A stretch of 64,000 nucleotides of DNA from Octopus sinensis. Taxonomy: Eukaryota. Position numbers and translations under genes: made by a program. Below, one piece after another: positions 11,297 through 25,357 of this stretch. Under the pieces are notes generated by a model that ran no database searches, was not told the origin of the DNA, and saw only the letters and a program-made list of their open reading frames with translations. The stretch covers positions 5,332,001-5,396,000 of the forward strand of contig NC_043018.1 in assembly GCF_006345805.1 (NCBI RefSeq), read 5' to 3'. Numbering within the stretch: the first letter of the stretch is position 1; each line of letters begins with the position of its first letter.

Positions 11297-12880
11297 AGTG
11301 TATGTACGTTTCCGTGGGTATTTTCTCCTCAACATTTCTTTATTCTGCGTTCTTTATTTTCAGTAAAATTTGTCTTTGGTACTTGTATAATTTCCATGTT
11401 TTCTATTATGTATGAATGAAGGCACGTATATACGCATATTTTCTTGTGTATATATGTATGATTTCGTGTACACGCCAAAGTGTATATCTCTACGCATCTC
11501 TTTTTTTGTTTTTGTTTTTGCAATATAATGCAATTATTTAATAATGGTTTTACATCACTCTCGTCTCTGTTTTTTCACTTACTCAACTAATTGATATCAT
11601 CCCCACATCTCCCCCTCACACAATAAATACACTTCCTTCCTTCTTGCTTTCTTCTTTTCCTTCTTCTTCCCCTGTTTTCATTGTCTTTGCTGTCCATTTC
11701 GTATATTTAGAAGCCACCATCTCCGCGCAATCTTCAACAAAGTTTATATTTCACATCATCTGAGGTGACACCACACCGGTGAATAATGGGCGTGGTTGCA
11801 GGAACGAGATGAAGAGATAAAACAGTGCGCCTACGCATCAATTTATGAGTGCATGCATGCATGTATGTATGTATATATGTATGTATGTATGTATGTATCT
11901 ATCTATCTATCTTTCTTTTTGTCTCTGTCTGTCGATCTATCTATCTATTCGTATATATATATATATGTATATATATATATACATATACATACATACATAC
12001 ATACATATATATACATATATATATACACATATATATATATATGTATACATATATACATATATATACATACATACTGATGACTAAGTGTGGATTTACTTAG
12101 TAATATGCATGTGAATACTTTCAGTGTTTTGTGTACATAATATGCGTATGTGCGTCTGTTAGTACGGACTTGTACATATATATGTGTACTTTTATATATA
12201 TATATATATATCTGTACGCATGTACGCGCCTGTGTTTACAAGTGCCTGGCAAAAGACTGAAACAGAGCGAGATAGGTGGTAGGAGTTAACATTGACGCTG
12301 TTTTGGGGGTAAGGTGAGAGGAACTGTGACACGTTGCTACCGCCAGGGTTTACACTTGAAGCTGTCAAGTTGTGATTGTTCAAGGGGCGTGTTTTCATTA
12401 CACACCTGACTTCGTCTTTACACCGCTGCTCATTTTTACTTCCATCTCTGAGTTGCCATGGGTATGTGTGAATACGCATGGCTTCTAACTACGTGTGTGT
12501 CTCTGTACGTATACCTACATACACACACACGCATATTCACACACATGCATACAAATAGATGTATTCGTGTGTGCTTGTGTGTTGTACGAATATATATAAG
12601 CATATATATTATATATGCGCGCGCGTATGTGTGTTTATGTTGCGCGTATGTATATATGTGTTTGTGTGTATGTGTGTGTGTGTGTGAATATTATACATAT
12701 ATGTTTGCATGTAATTATATAAATACATATATATGTATATATTATATATTCATATCTATATATGACTACGTCTATTTATATCAGTATATTTATCTGTCTT
12801 TCTATGCGTATATACATGCACATACATATATGTACAGACACATATATGTGTATAATTGTATGTTTATATTCATATATATA

Positions 12881-12915
<35 letters not shown>

Positions 12916-12918
12916 TGG

Positions 12919-12975
<57 letters not shown>

Positions 12976-12981
12976 TGATAA

Positions 12982-13033
<52 letters not shown>

Positions 13034-14125
13034 GTAGATAGATTGATAGATAGATAGACGTATATATGTAAGTATATCTAGTATATATAAATGACAGTAT
13101 ATGTGTGTATAATGACTAACGCATACATTTCCACAATTCTCAACCGATTTTCTCCAAACTTTACACACACATTAGTTTGTCCCAAGGGACATAGCTATAA
13201 CATTTTGCCCAGAAGTTTCGCGTAAATGGACTTAAAGGGACATAGTTATTTGTATGTGGGACCTTCAATACTTTCTTAATCTTTTAAAGGATTTTGTCTA
13301 TTTATTTACTTCGACTGTCAACCTGTGAGGTGACCCAGTCAGGAAACAGGATTGGGAATCTGTCATTTTGTTTTCATGTAAATAAATATATAATTTTATT
13401 CAAAAGATTTATTCTAAATATCTTATTTTTGGCACAACACGTATTATGTCTCCAATAATTTTCTTTCATATAAATAAACGTTTGTTAATTAAAAAGATTT
13501 TCCTAATTCGTTCTATGTACATAGTTTTGTTGTATGTAGGGTCTTCCATATTTTTTAAATCTATATCGTCGTATGTTGGCATTTGAGAATATTTTTGACT
13601 GTCATGAAATTGACTAGGAACACTGTACACCTTGAATATCCAATACTAAACAATCTTAATCTCCATACTTAAACTGCATTAAACTTTGGCAAGCTTACCT
13701 TTACCTATTCTGAGTTATTTCAAAGGTGATGTTCTCTTCCCTCTCTTCTATTTGTTGATACCTTTGTTTACCTACCAATGCGTTGTTTCACTTTCAGGAT
13801 GCTTATTTACCCATTCATTAAGATATTTCGACTATTGTTCTTTGTTTCAAATACGTTTTAGCACTGCCGTTCTTGCCTTTTTAAACAATCACGTATGATT
13901 CGTCCCGAAGAATCAACCTTTAAATAAGAGTTTTGCTTCCACTAGCGAACGCTATGCGCATCATTCAGAAAGCTCTATACCAATTTCACTTTATGAAACA
14001 TTCGCTGTTACTTTATGCGCTGGCTATGTGGGAAGACAGAATAAAGGGGCTTTTGTTAGCTTATAACAGAATCGATAATCCCTTGGTACACTAAAACCCA
14101 TTTTCCTTTCCCAGATAATACAAGC

Positions 14126-14935
14126 ATGCCACCTAAAAAGAGAGCACACATTAGCAGAAAGTCTTCTGCAGCGGCAAGGCAGCGGCAAGGCAGCGCCAAG
14201 GCAGCAGCGCTGGCAGGCTGAGGAAACTGAGGACCGGAGGTCCTGTAGACTGTTGAAAAGAGCCGATGATGCTGCAAATACTCCAGAGCAGCGTAGAATC
14301 TATTGAGTGCGTTCTGCTGATGCAAGGGCAGCAGAAACTCCACAAGGGAGTGCTATCCATCGGGCATGCAACGCTGCATCCACATCTGCCACGAGTGACG
14401 TAGAAGCCCCAGAAGAGAGTACTATCCGTCGGGCATGCAACGCTACATTCACGTCTGCCACAATGTTGGCAGATGATAACCATTGGATGATGAGATGTCA
14501 GTCTACTGTATAACCGGTAGGATCTTGCCCATGGTTACTGGAAGACATCGAGTAGTCGATGGGCATCAAAGGCGATCAACTATGATCCTGCCGAGGATTG
14601 TGCCACTCATCAAGAGACTGTTACAGGGGACATGTCTGTAGTATATCCATTTTGCAAGGCCCTCAAGTGGGTTGGGGAATCCAATGGCCTATGCTGTTCA
14701 AACTGAAAATTTTGCTTGCCTGACTTGCAAAACACTCTTCAGCCTTTGCTCTCTTTACTCCTTCGTCAATACTCTGATTAGCAGCAATTTATACAGAAAA
14801 TTCGCGCTTATAATTATGCCTTCCAGATGACAAGTTTCGGTCACAAACCCATTCATGAATACTCCTATATGCCAACGTTCAAAATTCAGGGCCAACCCTA
14901 TCATCGCATAGGCTCTTTTCTTCCTGTCAACAAAC
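14126..14935 (+). mobile_element. Helitron Rep/helicase N-terminal fragment (pseudogenised)
   Basis: MPPKKR start, AAETPEQ-type repeats, CKALKW.GESNGLCCSN, and QKIRAYNYAFQMTSFG...FKIQGQPYHRIGSFLP, typical of the Helitron N-terminal region; multiple stops. Confidence 0.85.
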
Positions 14936-16904
14936 TGAACACCGAAAAGCCCTCAACGGACACGATAGTCCGTGCTGGAAGTCCTTGTCCATAAACTTGT
15001 CTCGTCAAGGAAGTACTACATGAAACAGTCCTAGAAGATATCTGGAAGGTAAAATGAATGCCGGAATAGGTGTGTTGGTCATAGATGGAACACCTTTGTT
15101 GATTTGTCTGCAATCCTAGAAGATATCTGGAAGGTAAAAATTACAACAGAAAGCGCGATGACAAAAATATAAGAATATCTATGTTCATAGATTTCTCGAT
15201 TCAAAAAGATCTGAGCTGCAGCGAAACAACAGCAAGAACAACAGCAGCAGCAACAGCAACAACAGGAGCAGCAGCAACAGCAACAACAGCAGCGAAAGAA
15301 AGTGGGTGTTTGTTATGACAATCCTTAATTTTTCGAGTGTTGATAGAAGTACCAGTTAAATCAGTGACTCTTAACCTGTGTCCTCATGACCCTTAGGGGC
15401 TCCCATAAGATTTTGTTGTTAGAATTTATCTGAAATAAATTGGTTATACTTCTGGAATACACAAGAATATTTTAACAATTTTTTTAAATACAAATTCTTA
15501 ATAACATTTAATTATAAAAACATAAGAGGCATCTTTAATCATAGAATGGCTGAAAGGGTCCATCCGAGTAATATACGAATCAAAGGAGTCTATAGGTAAA
15601 GAATGGCTGAGAATGGTAAATAATGGAGTTGATATAGTTAAAATATATCTCGCTCCTCACCATGACATCCCAGCCTCGCACCAAGAAAATTCTTGGGCTC
15701 CATGACAGTAAAGCATCACATGACCAGTGTAGTAACGACGTGAGTATTTCTTGTATGATAAATGGGTCTACTAGAAATAGCAGTCAGGTGTCCTTGAAAT
15801 CACACCCTGCCGTTCTAAAATCAAACACGAAACATTACAGAAAAATAGAAGGTATGAAAATATATTATCGACATAAATATGCAAAATGACGTGATAGTCA
15901 CGTCTGGAATGTTTCTCATTGGTTATCTGATTTGCTCAATTGGAACATCAGTTCCACTGCTTCACGAAATATGAAAGAACAACAAAAACATAACCAAATA
16001 CAAAATAAAGATGATAAATAAAAAGATTCACCTTACGCATGCGCACATGGATGCACCCAGAGAAACACAGAGAGAAGCAGAGAGTCAGAGAGACAAATAT
16101 ACCCACATAGTCGTGAGCATGCACACTTACACATACATACGCATAGATAAGCATATATATATACACACACAAACATATACACATGTATATCAGCATGCAC
16201 ACATATGCAGTGATAAACTTGCAAACTCATGCAGAAAGACACACACAGACGCACACATACACAGACACAAGTATGCATACACACACGCATAAACATGCAT
16301 ATACGTACATAAAGAGAAAATATGCCAACACACACACACACACACATACATATTCACAATCACACTCACACCAGCATACACAAACATGCATACACACGTA
16401 TTCACACATTCATTCACACAAGCGACCATAAAAGTCTACAAGAATCCATTCTTTAGTAACAGAAACTAATTGTCTCTGATATTTTCTGCAGAATCCGAAA
16501 TCAATAATGTAATTGTTCTTTAATTTCTTCTCAGAGTTCCGAATTAAATGCTTTTCAAACACCCCCACACATACACCACCACCACCACCACCACACATAC
16601 ACACATCACACATACACACATGTAAATACTTATACATATACAAATGTATATATATGTGTGTGTGTGCGTATATGCATGTAGTTATATAAGCCTCTGTGTG
16701 TGTATGTGTGTGTGTTAGGTTATTACTTCTCTCTGCATTGATGTACCTCTTATTAGTCAATAGAATTTCAACCAAATCATCGTTATACACACATACCTGC
16801 GTGTATATATACTTGCACACAAACACATCGACACACATACAGCTATACATTCATAAACCTACACAACTGACTGCATATATTATATATATATATATATATA
16901 TCAC

Positions 16905-16952
<48 letters not shown>

Positions 16953-17975
16953 CATATATATATATATATATATATGTATATAAGAATAAGCTCATGAATT
17001 CATACACACACACACACACACAGTGAATTAAATTTGAACTTCGCTTGTGTGTTTTATTTGATTAATTTCAAAGAAATAGTATCAAATTTACACATTTTAC
17101 GTTAAAACTTTCCACTGACTTCCATCTTCAATTCCTCAAAGAAATCAAACACTGTGTCCTGAGATTTCAATTATACAGGTATGTGTGGGTGTGTATGTGT
17201 GATAGAGAGAGAGAGAGAGAGAGAGGGGGGAGTGGAAGAGAGATAGGGAAAGACAGAAATAGTGAGACAGAGAGTATGCGAGAACGTGTTTCTATATGGG
17301 TAAATATAGATGCATGTGTATCTGTTTACATGTACATCTAACTGAGTGTAAACTTTTCTATTATATATATTATATATATTGTGTGTGTGTGTACTTATGT
17401 TTGTACATATATGTATATCTATCTATCATCTACACAGGTACATGTGTTAGTAGGCTATTATGTAGACGTGTATATATATATATATATATTATATGTATGT
17501 ATGTATGTATGTATGTAGTAATGTATGTAAGTAGGTAGGTAAATGGATATGTAAGTAACTGATAGATATATACATAGGTAATACGGACAGACAAGCAAAC
17601 ACACACATACACAAATGAAGACTGAAACACACAACCATTTACATAGACGCACACTTCACACACAAGGACACATATGGAGACACACTGCCACACACAACAG
17701 ACGCACGTATGTAGTCTCACAAACAAACACACACAAACACACACACACATACAAAAACACACACGCACACACAAACACAGACGTAAGCACACATACACGG
17801 ATTCACACACATACATACATGCATACATACATACATACACATACATACATACATACACACATACATACATACACACACACATACATACATACATACAAAC
17901 ATACATACAAACATACATACATACATACATACATACATACATACATGCATACATACATACATACACACACACATA

Positions 17976-18009
<34 letters not shown>

Positions 18010-19227
18010 CATACACACACATACATACATACACACACATACACATACATACACACACTCACATACATACATACATACATACATACATATGTGTATACAC
18101 ATGCACACTGATCCACACATCTGCACAAACAAACAAACAAAAGGAACGCAGCTCTGACACCGGACAGAGTCAACGACTCTTGAAGATGTTGCAAGACGCA
18201 ACGAAAATATATTCAATCTTACAACAGTGTCTAGAAGACAAATATTAGGAATAAAATCCCCGTTTGCAGCAAGAGCAGCAGCAGCAGCAGCACCAACATC
18301 ACCGCCAACAACAACAACAATATTTATCAAAGATAAATTCATAACAATTCTTTCAAAGGAACCAAAATTCTTTGCACAAGTGTTTCATAATTAGGAGATC
18401 ATGGTTGTGTTAAAATGTTCACCCTGTAAACTCATTGATCCGGGTTCAAGTATAAATTGAAAATCTTAGATATACTCATGTATTTTTTCGGTTTCTAAAC
18501 TGTGCAAGATAATCCTCAAGTGTATTCCATCTTACATTCATTTTAGCCAATTATAGTTAAACGAAATTTAAGACAGTAAAACTTGTGTAAACACCCACAC
18601 ACACCAGTTTTCCCATGTTTATACGCTTCTCAAATTCTGAATACACTTCTGTACGTGCACCTACGCCTCATTCCTCTCTTAAGTTCCCCCCATAGAAGCT
18701 AGGTCCATTAATCCTTACTTGTTTTATCCACTTTTTCTTTCCAATTTTAACCAGTTCTCTTTTTCTCTCCTTCTTCTGAGAAAAGACCAAAGTCCGAAGC
18801 GTTCAGTCACCATTCTTTTTTGCTTTGTGAAATTACGGCAATGCTTAAAGCTCATGCTTCCTGTGTTGTCATTTTCCATGTTGTATTACTTCCTTAGAAT
18901 TCAAACACGTATGTGTTTGTGTGTCTATGTGTGTATGTGTCTATGTGTGTATGTGTGTGTGTGTGTGTGTAAGTGCGTATGTGCGTGTGTGTGTGTGTGT
19001 GTGTGTGTTTAAGCATATATATCTTCAATCTTTCAGCTTTTACTTGATTTATTCATCAAAATGCAGCCAGGCTTGGTTATCACCTGAAAGGGTTTCAATC
19101 GAACGCACCTGCTGCTGTACTTATTGGGTTCAGTTTAGTACTTATTCGATCTGTCTGTTTCTCTGTCTCTATCTCTCACTCTTTCAACACACACTCACAC
19201 CCACACATACATATATGTATATATGCA

Positions 19228-19445
19228 CAGTAATCCCTCGACTATCACGTGTGTTACGTTCAACCGCCTCCCCGCGATAGACGAAAATCAGCGAAGTAGA
19301 AGTAGAACTGTATATGTTGTTTTTTTCTTCTTATTTTTATAATTTGTATATATTTGTTTTTTATAAATGCAAAACATCACCACAGAGGAATTGGTGTAAG
19401 CTTAATTAATAAACCAGGATATGTGAACCGCGATATGGCGATATA
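19228..19445 (+). mobile_element. pogo/Tigger-type MITE left part, truncated at the Tc1 element
   Basis: Starts CAGTAATCCCTCGACTATC...AAAATC.GCGAAGTAG, a Tigger-like TIR; no right TIR seen. Confidence 0.45.
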
Positions 19446-20622
19446 CCTTTGGTAGTAATTACGAAGTATGGACTCGTACAAAGTTTGAATTGTTTCCAAA
19501 GGAATTTTTGTCCATTCTTCAGCTAAAACAGTCTCCAGTTCTTGCAGCGATGATGGTGGAGTGTGTCGAATCCTTACATATTTTTTCTAAAATGCACTAT
19601 AAATGTTCAACAATATTGAGATCTGGGAACTGTGGTGGCCAGAAAAGATGTTCAACTTCATTAGAATGTTCCTCGTGCTATTCAGTAACAACTTTAACTG
19701 TATGAATTGATGCCTTTCAGACATAATAAGAAAAACGTAATTAAAATTCATTAAAATGACAGATCTATCGGACTGAAAGATTGCGTTTCCCTCCGGAAAC
19801 AGTTCTGAAACCATAGGATGGAACTGATCAGATAAAATGCTTAAATAATCTTGACTATTAATTCTGCCATGAAAGGAAACCATTGGGCCGGCGGATATTC
19901 AAGACATAGCTCCGCAGATCATCACAGATCCCCCTCCATATTTAACATATTTAACACGTATACTCACCCGGTGGTCAGAAATAAGAATAACATTCTTCCA
20001 CTGCTCTAGGGACCAATTCTCTAGGTTTTTACTCAACTCTAAAAGCTTTGCAACGTTTGCTTTTGAAAGTTGTGGTTTTCTGATTGCAGCCCTCCCGTGA
20101 AATCCGGGTTTGTGCAGCTCCCGGCGAACAATTTTTGTGGAAACTGGATTCTCGAGGTGGTCATTGATCTCTGCAATGATTTGGGGGATTGTACTTTTGT
20201 GATCCTTTGTAACAATTCGCGTAAGATTCCGACGGTCCCTGTCTGAAAGTTTTGATTTTCTTCCGGAGTCTTGTTTCGACGAGAAGGCTTCTTCCTTCTT
20301 TCTCAAAGACTGTCATTATTTTTGAGACAATAATTCTTGATACACCAAACAGTTCGGCTGTTTTTGTTAGTTTTGTTAGAGCCTGCTTTACGAGCACCAG
20401 CAATTTGACCTCTTTGAAAGTCCGATAGATCTGTCATTTTAATGAATTTTAGTTACCTTTTCCTGATGATATCTGAAAACATCAATTTTAGCAAAATATA
20501 TTAAGCAACACTAATAATAAATAAAAAAAAAATAAAAATAAACAAGGTTTTGACGGCTTTATAGATATTTCAAAATTATGATGCTATGATGCTAGGTGTT
20601 TCCATTATTTTATCCAACCCAT
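19446..20622 (-). mobile_element. Degenerate Tc1-like transposon
   Basis: TKTAELFGVSR HTH, SGRKSKLSDRDRR, VRRELHKPGFHGRAAIRKP, GGSVMICGAMS, GRINSQDYLSIL; frameshifted; 5' terminus near 20620. Confidence 0.85.
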
Positions 20623-20671
20623 ATATATATATAGTATGTATGGTGTGTGTGTGTGTGTGTGCGTATACACA

Positions 20672-20729
<58 letters not shown>

Positions 20730-21382
20730 CATCAATGTATATAATATCAATCTATTTATCTATGTATATATATATAGAGAGAGAGAAAGAGGGAAAGAGA
20801 GAGAGATAAATATATACATACATGCAACATACATATCTATCTAATACTAGATAGCTACCGATACAGATGTACATTAACGTATATATTTGTGGATATATAT
20901 TGCTAATGCGCGTATGTAAATATATCATGCGTTGTGTTTGAATATTAACATATAGCTGCACACCAGGAGTAGGTGATGCCTTTTCTTGAATATATTTATA
21001 AAGAGAAGCGGGTCATTGAAACTGACTCATTATACACGAAATGCTTAAGTAATAGCGAAACGAATACAGTGCAAAACCGTCGCTACAGAAGTACGAAGGA
21101 AATCTTGAGGAAATCCTCGTGCAATGAAGACGTTGTAATGTCGTCATTATGAGTTCCACGTTGTTTATATTTTGGTTGGCTGCTTAATGATATATTAACG
21201 AAATCGTGGCTGTCAATCTCATTATCTTGGAAGTAAAATATTTAGGAATATATAAGAAAGATGATATCATCGAGGCTTACATAAATAGCGCCATGGAAGG
21301 GTTAAATTAGTCATAAGAATGAGAGCATTTATATATATATGTGTGTGTGTATATGTATATATATACACACCCACACAAATAC

Positions 21383-21417
<35 letters not shown>

Positions 21418-21467
21418 AATACATATATACACATATATTTATATACATTTTCATATATATATATATA

Positions 21468-21501
<34 letters not shown>

Positions 21502-21750
21502 TGTATACGTATACATATATACATATATAGATATATATATATATACGTATAATATATATGTATATATGTATTATATATATATTATATACACACACATATA
21601 TATATATATCTTATATATATATATATCTATATATATATGTATACTTATTCATATATGTGTATGTATATATATATATACATATATATATGAATATGTATAT
21701 GTGTATTATATATGTATTTACATATATATATATGTGTGTGTGTGTGTGTA

Positions 21751-23424
21751 TGATATCAACATAGTGGTAAAGGCACTCCCACAAGAGAGTACTGTTGATA
21801 TAGTAATAGAAACTAATACTATGGAGAGCATCCAGCAAATAGCTAACTCCATCCACCAGAGTATTAAGGTCACAATAGACTACCCCACTAAACACCCCAA
21901 CCATTGACTACCAGTACTAGACATTGAACTCTGGCTTGAAATTGTGAATAATAAAACCCAAATCCTTCATTCATACTATGCCAAACCTATGGCCTCAAAA
22001 TACTTGATCCACCGGAACTCAGCCATTGCGGACAATGCCAAATTCAATATTTTGATGGCAGACCTCGTCAGAATAATGAGAAATGTGTCACGCATGTGCG
22101 ATCCTACAGAGTTAAAGAGACACATACAATAAATATTTCATTCACCGCATACAGTTCTCAGGTTACAGCCATAAAGAAAGGATCAGAGTATACAAAGGAG
22201 CCATGAAGAAATTTGATAATATATTATGTAATGATAGGAATGAGATTTGCCCACTCTATAGGAACAAGTCATGGAACACTATAGAAAGGACAAAAAAGAA
22301 AATAGAGAAGGCCAACTCTTGGTATGATAGCCATAAATACCAGGGTGCCATGTTCGTTGACACCACCCCTGGAGGTGAATTGGCGTACCGTTTTAGAAGG
22401 ACCCTAGACAAACTTAAGCTAAGGATTAAGGTTGTTGAAAAGCCAGGCAACCCTATCAAATCTATAATTGATAGAACCTATCCTTTTAGTAGAACCCCCT
22501 GTACGGATAAGTACTGTACTGTATGTAGATTTAGCCTACAAACAAACTGTAAAGCCAGAAATGTAGTCTATAGTATAAGATGTATAGAGGGACGATGCAG
22601 TAACAAGACAACGACATACGTAGGGGAAACGGCAAGAAGCATAGGAGAGCGGGTAAATGACCATTGGAGAGAACTCAAGGAAGGTAAAAGCTCATCGATT
22701 CTGTACCAACACGCCGAACAGGAACACGGGGGATCAATCAACAACATAGAAATTAAAATATTGTCCACACATAGAACAGATGCAACAATCAGACAAATTA
22801 CAGAAGCTACACACATAATAGAAAATAAACCTAGCCTGAATAGGAAACTAGAATGGAACACTAGCACACACCACAACATATGACGGTAGAGGATTCCAAA
22901 AACATAATAAATACACAGATAAATAAACAAATAGAAATAAATAACTATATAAGTTGTTTTTTTATTTGTTATTCTTATTACTAGAATTGTTGTTATACAT
23001 ACAATCATAGGTAATGATAATAATAAGTGGATATAAACACATGAACAAAATAAGAATAAACAAAAACAACAACAAAAACAAATTACATGAACGTATATAA
23101 TCAGAAGATACAAATATTACAGGCATCCCCCCCCCACACTAAATAAACATAGACGCACATAGAGATATAAGCATGCGCAAATGAAGACATACAATAGAAA
23201 TACAAAATGGCTGACAGTTAGTAAGGAGAGACACACAAATAAGAAAGAAGAAAACAAAGGACCACTGATGCGGTCACAGGAGTGTGATGAAAGCACTCTG
23301 GCCGAAATAAGATTAAGATTAATGTAAAAAATAAACAACACTGAAGCAAAATAACACCAAATATATAGTGCGTGTGTTTTTATTGGCTAAACTGGCAAAA
23401 ATGACCATTCCGAAATATAACAAT
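21751..23424 (+). mobile_element. 5'-truncated Penelope-like retroelement: RT C-terminal half, Cys-rich linker, C-terminal GIY-YIG endonuclease and 3' non-coding region; inactivated by stops and a frameshift
   Basis: Translation runs from (Y)DINIV at the RT YxDD region through LPVLDI, YAKPMASKY, SGY and TPGGEL to PC..KYC.VC, NVVYSIRC and YVGETARSIGERVNDH, ending IRQITEATHI...KPSLNRKLEW* (ORF 22203-22883). Flanked by (TG)n/(AT)n. Confidence 0.9.
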
Positions 23425-23546
23425 ATATATATATATATACATATGTATATACAATGTTGTGGAGTGGAATGAAAGCATTTGAAGTGGTCAAGATAACGTA
23501 AGACGTAAAAGAGATCTAAGGGAGAATGTAACGATCGAGAAAGTAA

Positions 23547-23760
23547 GTGAATGACAATGACCTTTTAGTGTTCACAGTCTGTGACAGACCATCCCTGTCT
23601 TTTGGTGGCCTCAAATCTCATCTGCGAACGCATGGAAAACGAAGCTTCACCAACTATTCTGCCTATATGTCTGTGCATACCTTTGAATGCAGTGTATGCC
23701 AGAAGGTTTGCAAATACAGTGGAGGTGTCAAAAGAGCAGAAGTTATCTGTGGCTCTTAGT
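23547..23760 (+). mobile_element. Degenerate LINE-type C2H2 tail, related to 39233-39469
   Basis: VCDRPSLSFGGLKSHLRTH and CSVCQKVCKYSGGVKR. Confidence 0.45.
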
Positions 23761-23899
23761 GTTCCAGATCAGAGTCGCACTCTATGCGGGTGTCTTTTCA
23801 GAATATTGTCTGTTTTTAAAATGCCACATCAGATGACATGATGGTGCTAGAGTGTAGGTACAGGAAGTGGTATACACTGCAAAGGAGTAGACAACCAAC

Positions 23900-23948
<49 letters not shown>

Positions 23949-24090
23949 ATATATATTATATATATATCAACAATCAAGGAACGGCCATAATAGGCCATTC
24001 ACTCACTAGAAATAACAGCCAAAGCTTCAACCGCAAATAAAAATTAATTCCGTAAACCAGGAGAAAATTTAAAAAAACATTTACCCTGTA

Positions 24091-24196
24091 ATTTCTTATA
24101 CGATGCACCGTTTCATCTGCTGTTTAATGGTAAACTAACCAGATTAAATTAAATCAAGCCAATCTTCCATAGGCCCTCAGATTCTTCAGTAAGAAT
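24091..24196 (-). ncRNA. Type I hammerhead ribozyme (CUGAAGA variant)
   Basis: Reverse complement has CTGAAGA, stem II ATCTG/CAGAT, GAAA, CGGTGCATCG, TA and stem I. Confidence 0.85.
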
Positions 24197-24579
24197 AGCC
24201 CAAGTCGGAACAGATATTTTCACGAAGCATTCCGACCCTGCCAAGGTAATATCTGACCTAAAATTTTCAAATCGTCGCACTCGCGCCAAATTTATCGGCA
24301 GCAAATAATATAAGCCGTCGATTCCATTACGGAATTAACCAGAAAATTCATAATTAATCAATATAGGGTGGCAAAAAAAAATTTTGTAGAATTTTTTTGC
24401 CACCAGCGGCTAGTGGGAAAAAATTAAATAGTCATAGACCATTTTTAAGTTCAACATCAACAATCAAGGAACGGCCATAATAGGCCATTCACCCACTAGA
24501 AATAACAGCCAAAGCTTCAACCGCCAATATAAAATTAATTCCGTAAACCAGGAGAAAATTAAAAAACATTTACCCTGTA

Positions 24580-24684
24580 ATTCTTATACGATGCACCGTT
24601 TCATCTGCTGTTAATGGTAAACTAACCTGATTAAATTAAATCAAGCCAATCTTCCATAGGCCCTCAGATTCTTCAGTAAGAAAT
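24580..24684 (-). ncRNA. Type I hammerhead ribozyme (CUGAAGA variant)
   Basis: Same motif one unit (489 bp) further along. Confidence 0.85.
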
Positions 24685-24758
24685 AGCCCAAGTCGGAACA
24701 GATATTTCACGAGGCATTTCCGACCCTGCCAAGGTAATATCTGGTTCCGACTTGGGCT

Positions 24759-24867
24759 ATTTCTTACTGAAGAATCTGAGGGCCTATGGAAGATTGGCTT
24801 GATTTAATTAATCATTAGTTTAGTTTACCATTAAACAGCAGATGAAACGGTGCATCGTATAAGAAAT
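24759..24867 (+). ncRNA. Type I hammerhead ribozyme (CUGAAGA variant), predicted cleavage after 24859
   Basis: ATTTCTTA-CTGAAGA-ATCTG...CAGAT-GAAA-CGGTGCATCG-TA-TAAGAAAT. Confidence 0.9.
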
Positions 24868-25250
24868 TACAGGGTAAATGTTTTTTTAATTTTCTCCTGG
24901 TTTACGGAATTAATTTTTATTTGCGGTTGAAGCTTTGGCTGTTATTTCTAGTGGGTGAATGGCCTATTATGGCCGTTCCTTGATTGTTGATGTTGAACTT
25001 AAAAATGGTCTATGACTATTTAATTTTTTCCCACTAGGCCGCTGTGGCAAAAAAATTCTACAAAATTTTTTTTGCCACCCTATATTGATTAATTATGAAT
25101 TTTCTGGTTAATTCCGTAATGGAATCGACGGCTTATATTATTTGCTGCCGATAAATTTGGCGCGAGTGCGACGATTTGAAAATTTTAGGTCAGATATTAC
25201 CTTGGCAGGGTCGGAAATGCCTCGTGAAAATATCTGTTCCGACTTGGGCT

Positions 25251-25357
25251 ATTTCTTACTGAAGAATCTGAGGGCCTATGGAAGATTGGCTTGATTTAAT
25301 TTAATCAGGTTAGTTTACCATTAAACAGCAGATGAAACGGTGCATCGTATAAGAAAT
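25251..25357 (+). ncRNA. Type I hammerhead ribozyme (CUGAAGA variant), predicted cleavage after 25349
   Basis: Same core and stems as 24759-24867. Confidence 0.9.

Noticed and set aside
12075-12108. CTGATGA followed by a CTAAGT/ACTTAG stem; other isolated CTGATGA hits at ~9678 and ~53343
   Set aside because: No GAAA follows stem II and there is no stem I or III, so these are chance matches.
15191-15300. Possible AG/GT-bounded exon with a CAG/CAA repeat; similar Q-rich patches at 18135-18340 and 31690-31800
   Set aside because: The poly-Q frames contain stops, there is no recognisable domain and no consistent multi-exon chain.
21905-21907. In-frame TGA in the PLE RT as a selenocysteine codon
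   Set aside because: It is most simply CGA-to-TGA decay in a copy that also has a TAA/frameshift; no SECIS was identified.
23270-23335. CTGATGC-GGTC...GGCC-GAAA motif in the PLE 3' region as a hammerhead
   Set aside because: A9 is C, and I could not form stem III with a UH site or any stem I; at best a relic.
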